64,000 bases of DNA from an uncultured Sphingomonas sp. (GTDB lineage: Bacteria; Pseudomonadota; Alphaproteobacteria; Sphingomonadales; Sphingomonadaceae), in contig CAYSHL010000001.1 in assembly GCA_964430865.1 (NCBI GenBank), positions 3,946 through 67,945 of the forward strand. Direction: 5' to 3'. Every line of letters begins with the position of its first letter. Positions within the stretch are counted from its first letter, which is position 1. Of this stretch, positions 45,520 through 54,342 are shown piece by piece. Below the pieces are notes generated by a model. It searched no databases and had not been told where the DNA came from. It saw nothing but the letters and a program-made list of their open reading frames with translations. The position numbers were made by a program, and so were the translations under genes.

Positions 45520-46680
45520 TTAGATGATCGCGCGAATCAGCGCCGTCACCAGCTGGGTCTTCGGGTCGACCTGGTAGATGTTGCCGTTGTTGTAGCGGTA
45601 CCAGGCATCCGGAGTGTCGTAATATTCGTCGCGGTAGGCGAGCGGCACATTGTACGTGCTGTAGCCCATCGGCAGCGCCTGGCCGACGCTGAGCCCGTTG
45701 CCGGTCAGCAAGGACGCGACCGCGGTGATCATCCGGGTCGTCGGATCGACCTGGTAGATCGCGCCGGGAGCGTAGCGGTACATGTAATCGTCGCTGTCGG
45801 CGTACAGGTCGCGATACTGGTACGGCACATTATAGGCCGAATAGGTCGGCGGCAGCATCTGGCCCATGCCGTATCCACCGGCCATCAGCGGGACCATGTT
45901 TTCGATCATCCCGCTGTCGCGGTCGATCTCGTACACATAGCCGTTGGCGAACCGGTAATAATCGTCCGAATTGTCGCGGTAGAAAGCCTGGTAGGGCTGC
46001 GGCACGTAATAATTGCCGTAGGACGACGGGAACATCTGCCCCGGCATCAGCCCCGCTCCGAGCAGCGGCAGGAGCGACGCGACCAAATTGCTTCGGCGAT
46101 CGACCTGGTAGAGGTAACCGCCGTCGCCCAGCCGGTAATAGTAATCGTCGTTGTCGCGATAATAGTCGCGCAGCGCCAGCGGCACCATCCGGTCGCGGTA
46201 GGCGAGCGGGATCGAGCGGCCCAGCACCTGCTTCTTGTATTGGCCCGGAGGCATGCAGCCGGCCTTGGCGTGGCCCGGCGGGCACCAGCTGTTCTCTTCC
46301 CAGTAAGCGGTGCGCCCGCGGCGGTCGAAGCGATCGTCGTCCACGTCGCGGTAGCGGACAACCTGGCGGTCCTTGCGGTCGAACTTGGCGAAGTTGCGAT
46401 CGTCGTCGCGGCCCTTCGACTTGTACGCGTGCTTGAATTCGCGGTCCTGGCCCTTCGACTTGTACGCGGGCTTGAATTCGCGGTCGTGGCGCTTGTCTTT
46501 GAACTGGGCCTTGACTTCACGATCCGAACCCTTGGCCTTGAAGCCGACATGGCCGCCGCCGCGCTCAGCTTTGGCGGAGTGGCCCTTGTGATCGCCGCCG
46601 CCGCCCTTGTCGGGCTTGGCGGAAACGGGGGCTGCAATCGCCAGCGCGGCAACGCCGGCGGCGAGGAATAGCTTGGTCAT
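45520..46680 (-). CDS. Secreted Tyr-rich repeat protein (RcnB-like repeats)
   Basis: Signal peptide, K/D/R-rich arm, CPPG..K..CMPPGQ, four VPxxYRxxYxD..YRx..G..YxxD repeats. Confidence 0.82.
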   Translation of the reverse strand: MTKLFLAAGVAALAIAAPVSAKPDKGGGGDHKGHSAKAERGGGHVGFKAKGSDREVKAQFKDKRHDREFKPAYKSKGQDREFKHAYKSKGRDDDRNFAKFDRKDRQVVRYRDVDDDRFDRRGRTAYWEENSWCPPGHAKAGCMPPGQYKKQVLGRSIPLAYRDRMVPLALRDYYRDNDDYYYRLGDGGYLYQVDRRSNLVASLLPLLGAGLMPGQMFPSSYGNYYVPQPYQAFYRDNSDDYYRFANGYVYEIDRDSGMIENMVPLMAGGYGMGQMLPPTYSAYNVPYQYRDLYADSDDYMYRYAPGAIYQVDPTTRMITAVASLLTGNGLSVGQALPMGYSTYNVPLAYRDEYYDTPDAWYRYNNGNIYQVDPKTQLVTALIRAII

Positions 46681-46704
46681 GGTCTGACTCCTTTGAACGG
46701 GTAG

Positions 46705-46729
46705 AACGGCTGTCGAGCACCGCTGTTCC
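46705..46729 (-). promoter_or_regulatory. EcfG (sigmaT) general stress promoter GGAAC-N16-CGTT
   Basis: Minus strand GGAAC-agcggtgctcgacagc-CGTT, 24 nt upstream of ATG 46680. Confidence 0.75.
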
Positions 46730-46792
46730 ACCGTCCGCCGGGCTGCCAAAACTGCCGGCCGAGCTTCAATGAACCCCGGATTACTAGTAAAT

Positions 46793-48070
46793 TCAGGGAG
46801 TTAGACTGGGTTCGGGATCGTCGACCCAGTCGGAGCGCAGGCGCTTGATCGCGAAGGCCATCAGCAGCGCCGCAAGCAGATAGAAGCCGAGCACGCTCAC
46901 CGCCGCGTAGCGCAGCGCCTCGGTGCCGAACCGTTCCTTGAACAGCTCGGACAACGCCCCGATCAGGGTCGGGCCAACGCCGAGCCCGACGAGATTGTTG
47001 ATCAGCAGGAAGCTGGCCGAGGCGGTCGCCCGCAGCGGCCGCGGAACGAGGTGTTGAACCGCGGTCACGACCGGACCCAGCCACAATATGTTGAGGGCGT
47101 TGGGGATCAGCAGCAGCAGCCACGCCAGCCGCAGGTCCTGGACCATGAGGCCGGCGGCAAATAGCGGCGCGGTGATCAGCCAGGCGATCGCCGGCAGGCG
47201 GGCGTACCAGGCGCGGTCGGTTCGCCCGAGCCGGTCGGCGAGCCAGCCGCCGGCGAGCACGCCCGCGGTGCCGCCGATCAGGAAGATCGCGGCGAGGAAC
47301 TGGCCGCGGGCGACGATGTCGAGGCCGAAGCTGCGTTCGAGCACCGTCGGGGTCCACAAAGCGAGGCCATAGCCGGCCAGCGAGCTGCACGATGCGGCGG
47401 AGGCCATCAGCCAGAAGCTCGGCTTGCGGGCGACCATCGGGAAGGTCGAGAGCAGGCGCGGCGCCGGGGCCGCCGGCCCGGCCTCGCGCGGCTTGTCGCG
47501 GACGACGAGCAGCATGATCGGCGCGAGCGCGATGCCGGCGACGCCCATCACCAGGAAGGCCGCGCGCCAGTCGATCCACGACGCGAGATAAGCGCCGATC
47601 AGGGTTCCGGCGGCAAGGCCGAGCGGAACCCCGAGCGAGAAAATCGCCAGCGCCCTGGCGCGCTTGTGCGGCGGGAAATAGTCGGCGATCAGCGCATAGG
47701 AAGGCGCGACGCCACCGGCCTCCCCGACCCCGACGCCGAGCCGGAACAGGAACAATTGGAGGAAGCTGGTCGCGGTCCCGCATAGCGCCGTGAAGCCGCT
47801 CCACACGACCAGCGCCCCGGCGATCACCCGGCTCCGGCTGGTGCGGTCGGCGATCATCGCCAGCGGCACCGCGAGCACCGAATAGAGGATCGCGAAGGCA
47901 AGGCCGGCGATCGCCCCGAACTCGGCGTCGGTGAGCTTGAGATCGGCGATGATCGGGCCGGCGAGGATGCCGAGGATCTGCCGGTCGAGGAAATTGAAAA
48001 TGTAGGCGAGCAGCAGCAGCGCGAGCACGAGGTTGGGGCTGCGCAGCCCGCGGGCGGTGGTGCTCGTCAA
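46793..48070 (-). CDS. MFS transporter (spinster-like)
   Basis: FNFLDRQIL, GVGVGEAG, LIADYFP, about 12 TM segments. Confidence 0.92.
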   Translation of the reverse strand: MTSTTARGLRSPNLVLALLLLAYIFNFLDRQILGILAGPIIADLKLTDAEFGAIAGLAFAILYSVLAVPLAMIADRTSRSRVIAGALVVWSGFTALCGTATSFLQLFLFRLGVGVGEAGGVAPSYALIADYFPPHKRARALAIFSLGVPLGLAAGTLIGAYLASWIDWRAAFLVMGVAGIALAPIMLLVVRDKPREAGPAAPAPRLLSTFPMVARKPSFWLMASAASCSSLAGYGLALWTPTVLERSFGLDIVARGQFLAAIFLIGGTAGVLAGGWLADRLGRTDRAWYARLPAIAWLITAPLFAAGLMVQDLRLAWLLLLIPNALNILWLGPVVTAVQHLVPRPLRATASASFLLINNLVGLGVGPTLIGALSELFKERFGTEALRYAAVSVLGFYLLAALLMAFAIKRLRSDWVDDPEPSLTP

Positions 48071-49308
48071 GTCAATGTCTCCAGCAATCCGGCGAGCCGG
48101 CCGATGTCGTCCTCGTCGTGATAGAGGCCCAGCCCGATGCGGAGCACGTCGCCGCGAACGTCGGTGATGCAGTTTTTCGCGTCAAGCTCATTGTGCCAGC
48201 GCGTGGCTTCGGGGCTGCGGAAGGCGAGGAAGCGCGCGTGCGGGCGGCCATCGAGGGGATTGAGCAGCTCGGCGTCCGCCAAAGCCGTGCCGACGATGGA
48301 GTCGAGCAGAATGCGCTGCAGGCCGTCGACATGGGCGGAAATAAGCGCCGTAGTCAGCGCGTTGCCGGCCAGCATCCGGCGGACGGCGTTGAACCGGTAC
48401 AGCGCCGACGGGTCGAAGGTCGCGCCCATGAAGCGCCTCGCGTCGGCCGCGTAGCCGACGCTGCCCGGCGGCAGTGTCAAATCCTCGAACTCGGCGAACC
48501 AGCCGGTGATCGGCGGCCGCGGGCCGAAGCCCGGCGGCGCGTGAAGGAACGCGCAGCCCTCGCCCGCCATCGCATATTTGTAGCCCCCGCCGAGGTAGAA
48601 GATTCTGCTCCCCCTCCCGCCAGCGGGAGGGGGCTGGGGGGAGGGCGTGTCGGGCGAGGACAAGCCCGCCCCTTCGGCGCTACGCGCCTCTTCCCCTCCC
48701 GCGAGCGGGCGGGGGATCGCCATGAAGGCGTGGTAGCCGTCGATGACGATCCACGGGCCTTCGGGATTGGCGAGCGTGGCGAGCTCGTCGACTCCATCAA
48801 AACGCCGGCCGGTGCCGAACAGGATCTGGCTGACGAGGATGAGGTCGTGGCTGCCGCTCCGCCCCGCGGCCAGGAAGCGGCCGGTGAAATCGTCGAACGG
48901 CTCGGCGGCGACGGTCTCGAGCTCGAGCCAGCCGTCCTCGGCCCAGCGCGCGAGCTGGCGCCGGGCGCTGTGGAACTCACCGTCGCTGGCCAGCACCCGC
49001 AGCCGGCGCGGGTCCGAGCGCGGCGCCGCGGCGGCGAGGCGGACGAGGAAATCGTGGGTGTTCGAAGCAAACACCAGCGCATCGGGAGCATCGGTGCCGA
49101 GCTCGGCGGCGACATGGCGCTGTGCCTCGGGCCACACCTCGCCCATCACCTTGTCCCACTTGCGGTCGGCGAGGCGCGCGGCGTCCTGCCAGCATTCGAC
49201 CTGGCCCTCGAAGCTCGCGTCGGGCCACAGATGATGGCTGTGCGCGGCCATGTGCAGCCGCTCGGGATCGGCGCCGAGGCTGCGCGAAAACAGCCCTTTG
49301 AAATTCAA
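48067..49308 (-). CDS. Kynureninase-like PLP enzyme (class V) with an in-frame repeat insertion
   Basis: AAHSHH, IDGYH, GGYKY, P..TGWFA; TTG start overlaps the kynA stop. Confidence 0.85.
   Translation of the reverse strand: MNFKGLFSRSLGADPERLHMAAHSHHLWPDASFEGQVECWQDAARLADRKWDKVMGEVWPEAQRHVAAELGTDAPDALVFASNTHDFLVRLAAAAPRSDPRRLRVLASDGEFHSARRQLARWAEDGWLELETVAAEPFDDFTGRFLAAGRSGSHDLILVSQILFGTGRRFDGVDELATLANPEGPWIVIDGYHAFMAIPRPLAGGEEARSAEGAGLSSPDTPSPQPPPAGGRGSRIFYLGGGYKYAMAGEGCAFLHAPPGFGPRPPITGWFAEFEDLTLPPGSVGYAADARRFMGATFDPSALYRFNAVRRMLAGNALTTALISAHVDGLQRILLDSIVGTALADAELLNPLDGRPHARFLAFRSPEATRWHNELDAKNCITDVRGDVLRIGLGLYHDEDDIGRLAGLLETLT
48609..48716. repeat. Family A palindromic repeat inside the kynureninase-like gene
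   Basis: cccctcccgccagcgggagggggctggggggaggg ... cccctcccgcgagcgggcgggg. Confidence 0.88.
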
Positions 49309-50072
49309 AGGCCGGTCCTCATCGACCACAGTTCGGGGAACGCGCGCTTGTCGAGCGTCGAGCGGAGGTAAGCCGCGCCGGCCGAGCCGCCGGTGCCGCG
49401 CTTGTTGCCGATGATCCGCTCGACGGTCAGCACATGCTTGTGCCGCCACAGCGCCAGCGCGTCGTCGATGTCGACCAGCTTCTCGGCCAGCTGGTAGAGG
49501 TCGAACCAGCGGTCGGAATCGCGGTAGACGGTGAGCCACGCCTCGCCGATCGCCGCCTCCGAGCGGTCGCCGAGGTCGAAGCCCGCCCGCTCCAGCGCCG
49601 CGTGCGAGGCATCGCGCAGGCTCGGCTCGTCGAACGCCGCTTGCAGCCGCGCGCGGTCCGCGCCGCCGGCTTCATATTGCTCGAGGTATCCGGGCTCCTT
49701 GATCCCGAGGCGGTATTCGAGCTCGCGGAACTGCACCGACTGGAAGCCCGACGCGGTCCCAAGCACGCTTCGGAAGGCGGTGTAATCGACCGGGGTCAGA
49801 GTCGACAGCACGTCCCACGACAAGGTCATCACCGACTGGATCCGGCCGATCCGGGCCATCGCCTTGTACGAGGCGGCGAAATGGTCCTGGTCGAGCAGCG
49901 AGATCGCCAAAGCGAGCTCGTGGAGCATCTGCTTGAGCCACAGTTCCTTGGTCTGGTGGATGACGATGAACAGCATCTCGTCGTGGAGGCCCGACAGCGG
50001 CTGCTGGGCGCCGAGCACCCGATCGAGCGCGAGATAGTCGGCATAAGTGATGCCGGCGGGAGTGGCGGTCAT
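49305..50072 (-). CDS. kynA: Tryptophan 2,3-dioxygenase
   Basis: HDEMLFIVIHQ..ELW, SGFQS, WRHKH, GTGGS.G..YL, FPELW. Confidence 0.94.
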   Translation of the reverse strand: MTATPAGITYADYLALDRVLGAQQPLSGLHDEMLFIVIHQTKELWLKQMLHELALAISLLDQDHFAASYKAMARIGRIQSVMTLSWDVLSTLTPVDYTAFRSVLGTASGFQSVQFRELEYRLGIKEPGYLEQYEAGGADRARLQAAFDEPSLRDASHAALERAGFDLGDRSEAAIGEAWLTVYRDSDRWFDLYQLAEKLVDIDDALALWRHKHVLTVERIIGNKRGTGGSAGAAYLRSTLDKRAFPELWSMRTGL

Positions 50073-50117
50073 GGATGAAGCGCTTAGGCCAAAGCCGCGC
50101 TTCGAGAAAGCAGCCGC

Positions 50118-50582
50118 TTATTGGCCCCGGCTGGCACCCGGCAGGCCGGGCTGGCTGATCGAGCCGATGTTGCCGAACAGCTCGTCGAAGAAGCTGCGCT
50201 TGCGGCCGAGCGTCGGAGTCCGGGCGTCGTCGGGGTTGATCGAGGCGATCAGCTCCTTGCCGCTGCGGTTGACGGCGACGACGTTGCCGGCGGGATCGAA
50301 GCGGACGTGGAGCACGGTCTGGTCGACGACCCCGACGCCGCGCAAGGCGACGGTCTTGGTGTCGCGCGACACATAGTACCAGTCGTTGGGGTTGAACTGG
50401 CCGGTGAAGCTCGGCCGGCCGAGCGTCTTGGCGACCGACTCCTTGTTGTCGACCCCGACCTGGATCGCCGAGGCGAGCTCCCGGTCGATGACCGCGCCGC
50501 GATGCTCGTGAATCCCGGCGCAGCCCGCCAACAGCGCCGCGCCGGCGATCGCCAGGGCTCCCTTGACCAACGCAGCTTTCAT
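50118..50582 (-). CDS. bamE: Outer membrane assembly lipoprotein BamE
   Basis: LAGC lipobox, V..TLGRPS, WYYVS, TPTLG. Confidence 0.88.
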   Translation of the reverse strand: MKAALVKGALAIAGAALLAGCAGIHEHRGAVIDRELASAIQVGVDNKESVAKTLGRPSFTGQFNPNDWYYVSRDTKTVALRGVGVVDQTVLHVRFDPAGNVVAVNRSGKELIASINPDDARTPTLGRKRSFFDELFGNIGSISQPGLPGASRGQ

Positions 50583-50727
50583 TGTCGTGAACCTCTCCTC
50601 GCCCGCGACGGGCGTAAATGACGCGTGACGCTTGCGCCGCGGCCGGGTGGGCTCAATATGCGCCGGACATGCGGAGGCGCAAGCCTTGTGCCGCCCCTGA
50701 TCACACGACCACGGACCAATGGACCTT

Positions 50728-51234
50728 ATGTTGAGCTTCCTGTTCCCGCGATTAACGCCCGCCGAGGCAAGCCGCGGAAACGCCTTGTTCGCGGCTCTGG
50801 TCGGCGAGGCGCGGCAACCGCATTGGTATGTCGAAGGCCAGGTCCCGGACACGCTCGACGGGCGGTTCGCGGTGCTGGCGACGATGGCCGCGCTAGCCAC
50901 CGTTCGGCTCGAGCGCGGCGGCGAGGCGGCGCGGATCGAGGCGGTAGCGCTCGCCGAACGCTTCGTCGAGGCGATGGACTCCGAGCACCGCGAGCTCGGG
51001 CTCGGCGACCCGACGCTCGGCAGGAAAGTCCGCAAGCTGGTCAGCGCGCTCGCCCGCCGGGTCGAGCTGTGGCGCGATGCGATCGATGGCGGTGGTTGGC
51101 AGGCGGCGGTGACCGCGAGTCTGAATGTCGGGGACGCGGACGCGCTGGCGCAATGCGAAGCGGCATTGCGAAAGCTCTGGGCCAGGCTCGAAGCGGCGGG
51201 CGACGAGGCGCTCGCGGACGGGAGGATCGGATGA
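50728..51234 (+). CDS. Ubiquinol-cytochrome c chaperone (Cbp3-like)
   Basis: ARQPHWY..GQVPDTLDGRF, RELGLGD. Confidence 0.85.
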   Translation: MLSFLFPRLTPAEASRGNALFAALVGEARQPHWYVEGQVPDTLDGRFAVLATMAALATVRLERGGEAARIEAVALAERFVEAMDSEHRELGLGDPTLGRKVRKLVSALARRVELWRDAIDGGGWQAAVTASLNVGDADALAQCEAALRKLWARLEAAGDEALADGRIG

Positions 51235-51752
51235 TCGAGGACTTCGCCCACCGTCTGACCCTCGACCGGATCCGCGACGGCGAGCGCGTCGACCTGGTCG
51301 CCGACGACCAGGAGCGGCGGGCGATTGCGGAACGGCTCGATTTGCCGTCGCTCGACCGGCTCGAGGCGCACGCGAGCCTGGGACGCGACGGCGACACGGT
51401 GCGCGCGACCGGCCGGGTCGCCGCGGCGCTCGAGCAGCGCTGCGTCGTCACCGGCGATCCGGTCGCCGCGCATCTCGACGAGCCGTTCGACATCGCCTTC
51501 GTGCCCGAGCCGCGCGCCGGCGAAGTCCCCGAGGAGGTCGAGCTGCGGCCCGAGGATTGCGACGTGGTGTTCCACGACGGCACTGCGATCGACCTCGGCA
51601 CCGCGATCGCCGACACGCTGGCGCTCAGCCTCGACCCCTATCCGCGGAGCGCGTCCGCGGAAGCGGCGCTGCGCGAAGCCGGAGTCCTCAGCGAAGAGGA
51701 AGCCGGGCCGTTCGCGGCGCTGGCGAAATTGCGGCGCGGGCTGAGTGAATAA
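51231..51752 (+). CDS. DUF177/YceD family protein
   Basis: QRCVVTG.P, IDLG..I.D.L.LSLDPYPR, GPFAALAKL. Confidence 0.88.
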   Translation: MIEDFAHRLTLDRIRDGERVDLVADDQERRAIAERLDLPSLDRLEAHASLGRDGDTVRATGRVAAALEQRCVVTGDPVAAHLDEPFDIAFVPEPRAGEVPEEVELRPEDCDVVFHDGTAIDLGTAIADTLALSLDPYPRSASAEAALREAGVLSEEEAGPFAALAKLRRGLSE

Positions 51753-51761
51753 GCAGCGTCG

Positions 51762-52175
51762 ATGACGGCCGCAGCCGGCACAAGTCAGGCTGTAATCGTG
51801 TTCGATGCGCAATGCGTGCTCTGCTCCGCGAACGCCCGGCTAATCATGCGCCGTGATCGCCGGAAACACTTCCAGCTCGCGTCAATGCAAGGTGAGGCGG
51901 GAGCAGCCTTGCTTCGCGCCAACGGACTCGATCCGAACGACCCGGACACGATCATTGTCGTCGATGGCGAGCGCGTGCCGCGAAATTCCGATGCGGTGCT
52001 GCACATATACAAGTGGCTGGGATGGCCCTGGCGCGCACTGGGTGCGGCGGCGATCGTCCCGAGAGGATTGCGTGACCCGGTGTACCGACTGGTGGCTCGA
52101 AACCGCTACCGTTGGTTCGGCAAGCTCGACCAATGCTGGGTGCCGGATGCGGCCGATCGCGAGCGCCTGCTGTGA
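51762..52175 (+). CDS. DCC1-like thiol-disulfide oxidoreductase (DUF393)
   Basis: FDAQCVLC, RD..Y..VARNRYRWFG...C. Confidence 0.9.
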   Translation: MTAAAGTSQAVIVFDAQCVLCSANARLIMRRDRRKHFQLASMQGEAGAALLRANGLDPNDPDTIIVVDGERVPRNSDAVLHIYKWLGWPWRALGAAAIVPRGLRDPVYRLVARNRYRWFGKLDQCWVPDAADRERLL

Positions 52176-53803
52176 CCCGGGTGCTGGTCATCGGCGGTTA
52201 TGGGGGCTTCGGCGGTCGTTTGTCGCGGCGGCTCAGAGAACGCGGCGTGGAGGTTATCGTGGCCGGGCGAAGCCTGGCGAAAGCGGAGCGCTTTTGTCGA
52301 GGCAATCCGGGCTGCCGGCCGGTGCGCGCCGACCGCGACGAGGGCATCGCCGACTTGCTGGAGGCCGAACGTCCACACGTCGTGGTCGACGCGTCGGGCC
52401 CGTTCCAGTCGAGCGATTACCGGATCGTCGAACAATGCATTCAGGCCGGCACATCCTATCTCGACCTCGCCGATGCACGCGATTTCGTCTCCGGCATCGG
52501 CCGATTCGACGGCGCCGCGCGGGAATCGAGGGTCGCTGTGATCAGTGGAGCATCGAGCGTGCCAGCACTGTCGGGCGCAGTCGTCCGCGAGCTCGCTAAG
52601 GGCATTGAGTCAGTAAACTCGGTCGAGATTGCAATTAGCGCGTCGAGCCGCGCATCCGCCGGGTCGGCGGTGGCCGCGGCGATCCTTGGAGGAGTCGGGG
52701 AGCCGTTAAAATTGTGGCGCGGCGGGCGGTGGATCGCCCGCTACGGTTGGCAGGAAATGCGCCGCGAGCGGCTGGAGATTGCCGATGGGCCAGATCTTGG
52801 CTCGCGTTGGGTGGCGCTGGCCGACGTGCCTGATCTGGTGCTGCTGCCAGATCGCTTGCCGGGCCGTCCCACGGTGACCTTTCGAGCCGGCACCGAATCC
52901 GCGCTCGGCAATTGGGCGCTATGGCTCGCCAGCTGGCCAGTCCGCTGGGGCTGGATGAAATCGCTGCGGCCGCTGTCCTGGCTGCTGCTGCCTGCGCATC
53001 GGCTGACGGCGCTGTGGGGCGGGAACCGATCGGGCATGGTCGTGCGCCTGTTCGGGCTCAGCGCGGGGCGGCGAATCGAGCGGCGCTGGAGCCTCATTGC
53101 AGAAGCTGGGGACGGCCCTCAGATCCCGACGCTCGCGGCGGCGATACTCGCTGAGCGGATCGCCGGGGGCACCGTTGAGCCGGGCGCGCGAGATGCCGGC
53201 ATGGAGCTCGACCTCGGCGCGTTCGAACCACTGTTCGCGACGCTCAAGGTGCGCCAGGGGATCGCTGAAATCCCCCAGCCAGAGCCGCTGTACCGGCGGG
53301 TAATGGGTGATACTTTCAACCGCCTCGCGCCGGCTCTCCAGGCGATGCACGGCGTGCTTAGCGATCAGGGCTCCCACGGCCGTGGACTGGTCGAGAGGGG
53401 ACGTAATCCACTGGCCCGGCTGATCGCCACCGTTATGCGTTTCCCGAAAGCCGGCGACCATCCGCTGCACGTCCATTTCGCGGTGCGCGACGGAGTCGAG
53501 CGCTGGACACGCGACTTTGGCGGCCAGTGCTTCAGCAGCACTTCGAGCGCGTTTGGCGACCAGGTTATCGAACGCCACGGGCCGATGGGATTCCGGTTCA
53601 AGCTTCAGGAGGCCGCCGGCGGCATCAACATGCTGATGACCGGCTGGTCGATGTTCGGCGTTCCGCTCCCGCTCGCGCTTGCGCCGCGATCACCGGCCCG
53701 CGAGTGGGAGGAGGACGGGCGGTTTCATTTCGACGTACCGATCGACCTGCCGCTAATCGGCCGGGTGATCCACTACCGAGGCTGGCTGGAGCCTGCTTCC
53801 TAG
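52172..53803 (+). CDS. Saccharopine-dehydrogenase-like oxidoreductase fused to DUF4166
   Basis: [24 protein letters not shown]-terminal ERWTRDFG ... Y.GWL. Confidence 0.85.
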   Translation: MTRVLVIGGYGGFGGRLSRRLRERGVEVIVAGRSLAKAERFCRGNPGCRPVRADRDEGIADLLEAERPHVVVDASGPFQSSDYRIVEQCIQAGTSYLDLADARDFVSGIGRFDGAARESRVAVISGASSVPALSGAVVRELAKGIESVNSVEIAISASSRASAGSAVAAAILGGVGEPLKLWRGGRWIARYGWQEMRRERLEIADGPDLGSRWVALADVPDLVLLPDRLPGRPTVTFRAGTESALGNWALWLASWPVRWGWMKSLRPLSWLLLPAHRLTALWGGNRSGMVVRLFGLSAGRRIERRWSLIAEAGDGPQIPTLAAAILAERIAGGTVEPGARDAGMELDLGAFEPLFATLKVRQGIAEIPQPEPLYRRVMGDTFNRLAPALQAMHGVLSDQGSHGRGLVERGRNPLARLIATVMRFPKAGDHPLHVHFAVRDGVERWTRDFGGQCFSSTSSAFGDQVIERHGPMGFRFKLQEAAGGINMLMTGWSMFGVPLPLALAPRSPAREWEEDGRFHFDVPIDLPLIGRVIHYRGWLEPAS

Positions 53804-54291
53804 AACGGGACGTCGTCGTCGAGGTCGGTGTCGAACGCCGCCGGTTGCGGCCGCGACTGGGTGCGGGTTCCGCCGCCCGAGCCGCCGCCGAAATCGTCGG
53901 CGTAATCGCCGCCGCCGCCGCCGCGCGATCCCCCGCCGCCGCCTTCACGGCTGTCGAGCAGCACCAGCTCGCCGCGGAAATTCTGCAGCACGACCTCGGT
54001 CGAGAATTTCTCGACGCCCGCCTGGTCGGTCCATTTGCGCGTCTGCAGCTGACCTTCGAGATAGACCTTGGAACCCTTGCGCAGATAGTTCTTGGCGACG
54101 CGGCCGAGATTCTCGTTGAAGATCGTCACCCGGTGCCACTCGGTGCGCTCCTGGCGGTTGCCCTCCTTGTCCTTCCAATTCTCCGACGTCGCGACGCGCA
54201 AGTTGACGACCTCGCTTCCGCTGGGCAGCGAGCGCGCCTCCGGGTCCGCTCCCAGATTGCCGACCAGGATCACCTTGTTGACGCCCGCCAT
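53800..54291 (-). CDS. ssb: Single-stranded DNA-binding protein
   Basis: [23 protein letters not shown] tail. Confidence 0.97.
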   Translation of the reverse strand: MAGVNKVILVGNLGADPEARSLPSGSEVVNLRVATSENWKDKEGNRQERTEWHRVTIFNENLGRVAKNYLRKGSKVYLEGQLQTRKWTDQAGVEKFSTEVVLQNFRGELVLLDSREGGGGGSRGGGGGDYADDFGGGSGGGTRTQSRPQPAAFDTDLDDDVPF

Positions 54292-54342
54292 TGCCGCTTC
54301 CTTCCGTGAATTTCGCGCTGTGATGCTTCGATAGAACCGCCC

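Noticed and set aside
46793..50072. kynA-kynU-MFS without kynB as a novel pathway
   Set aside because: The formamidase is often encoded elsewhere, so absence from the window is uninformative.
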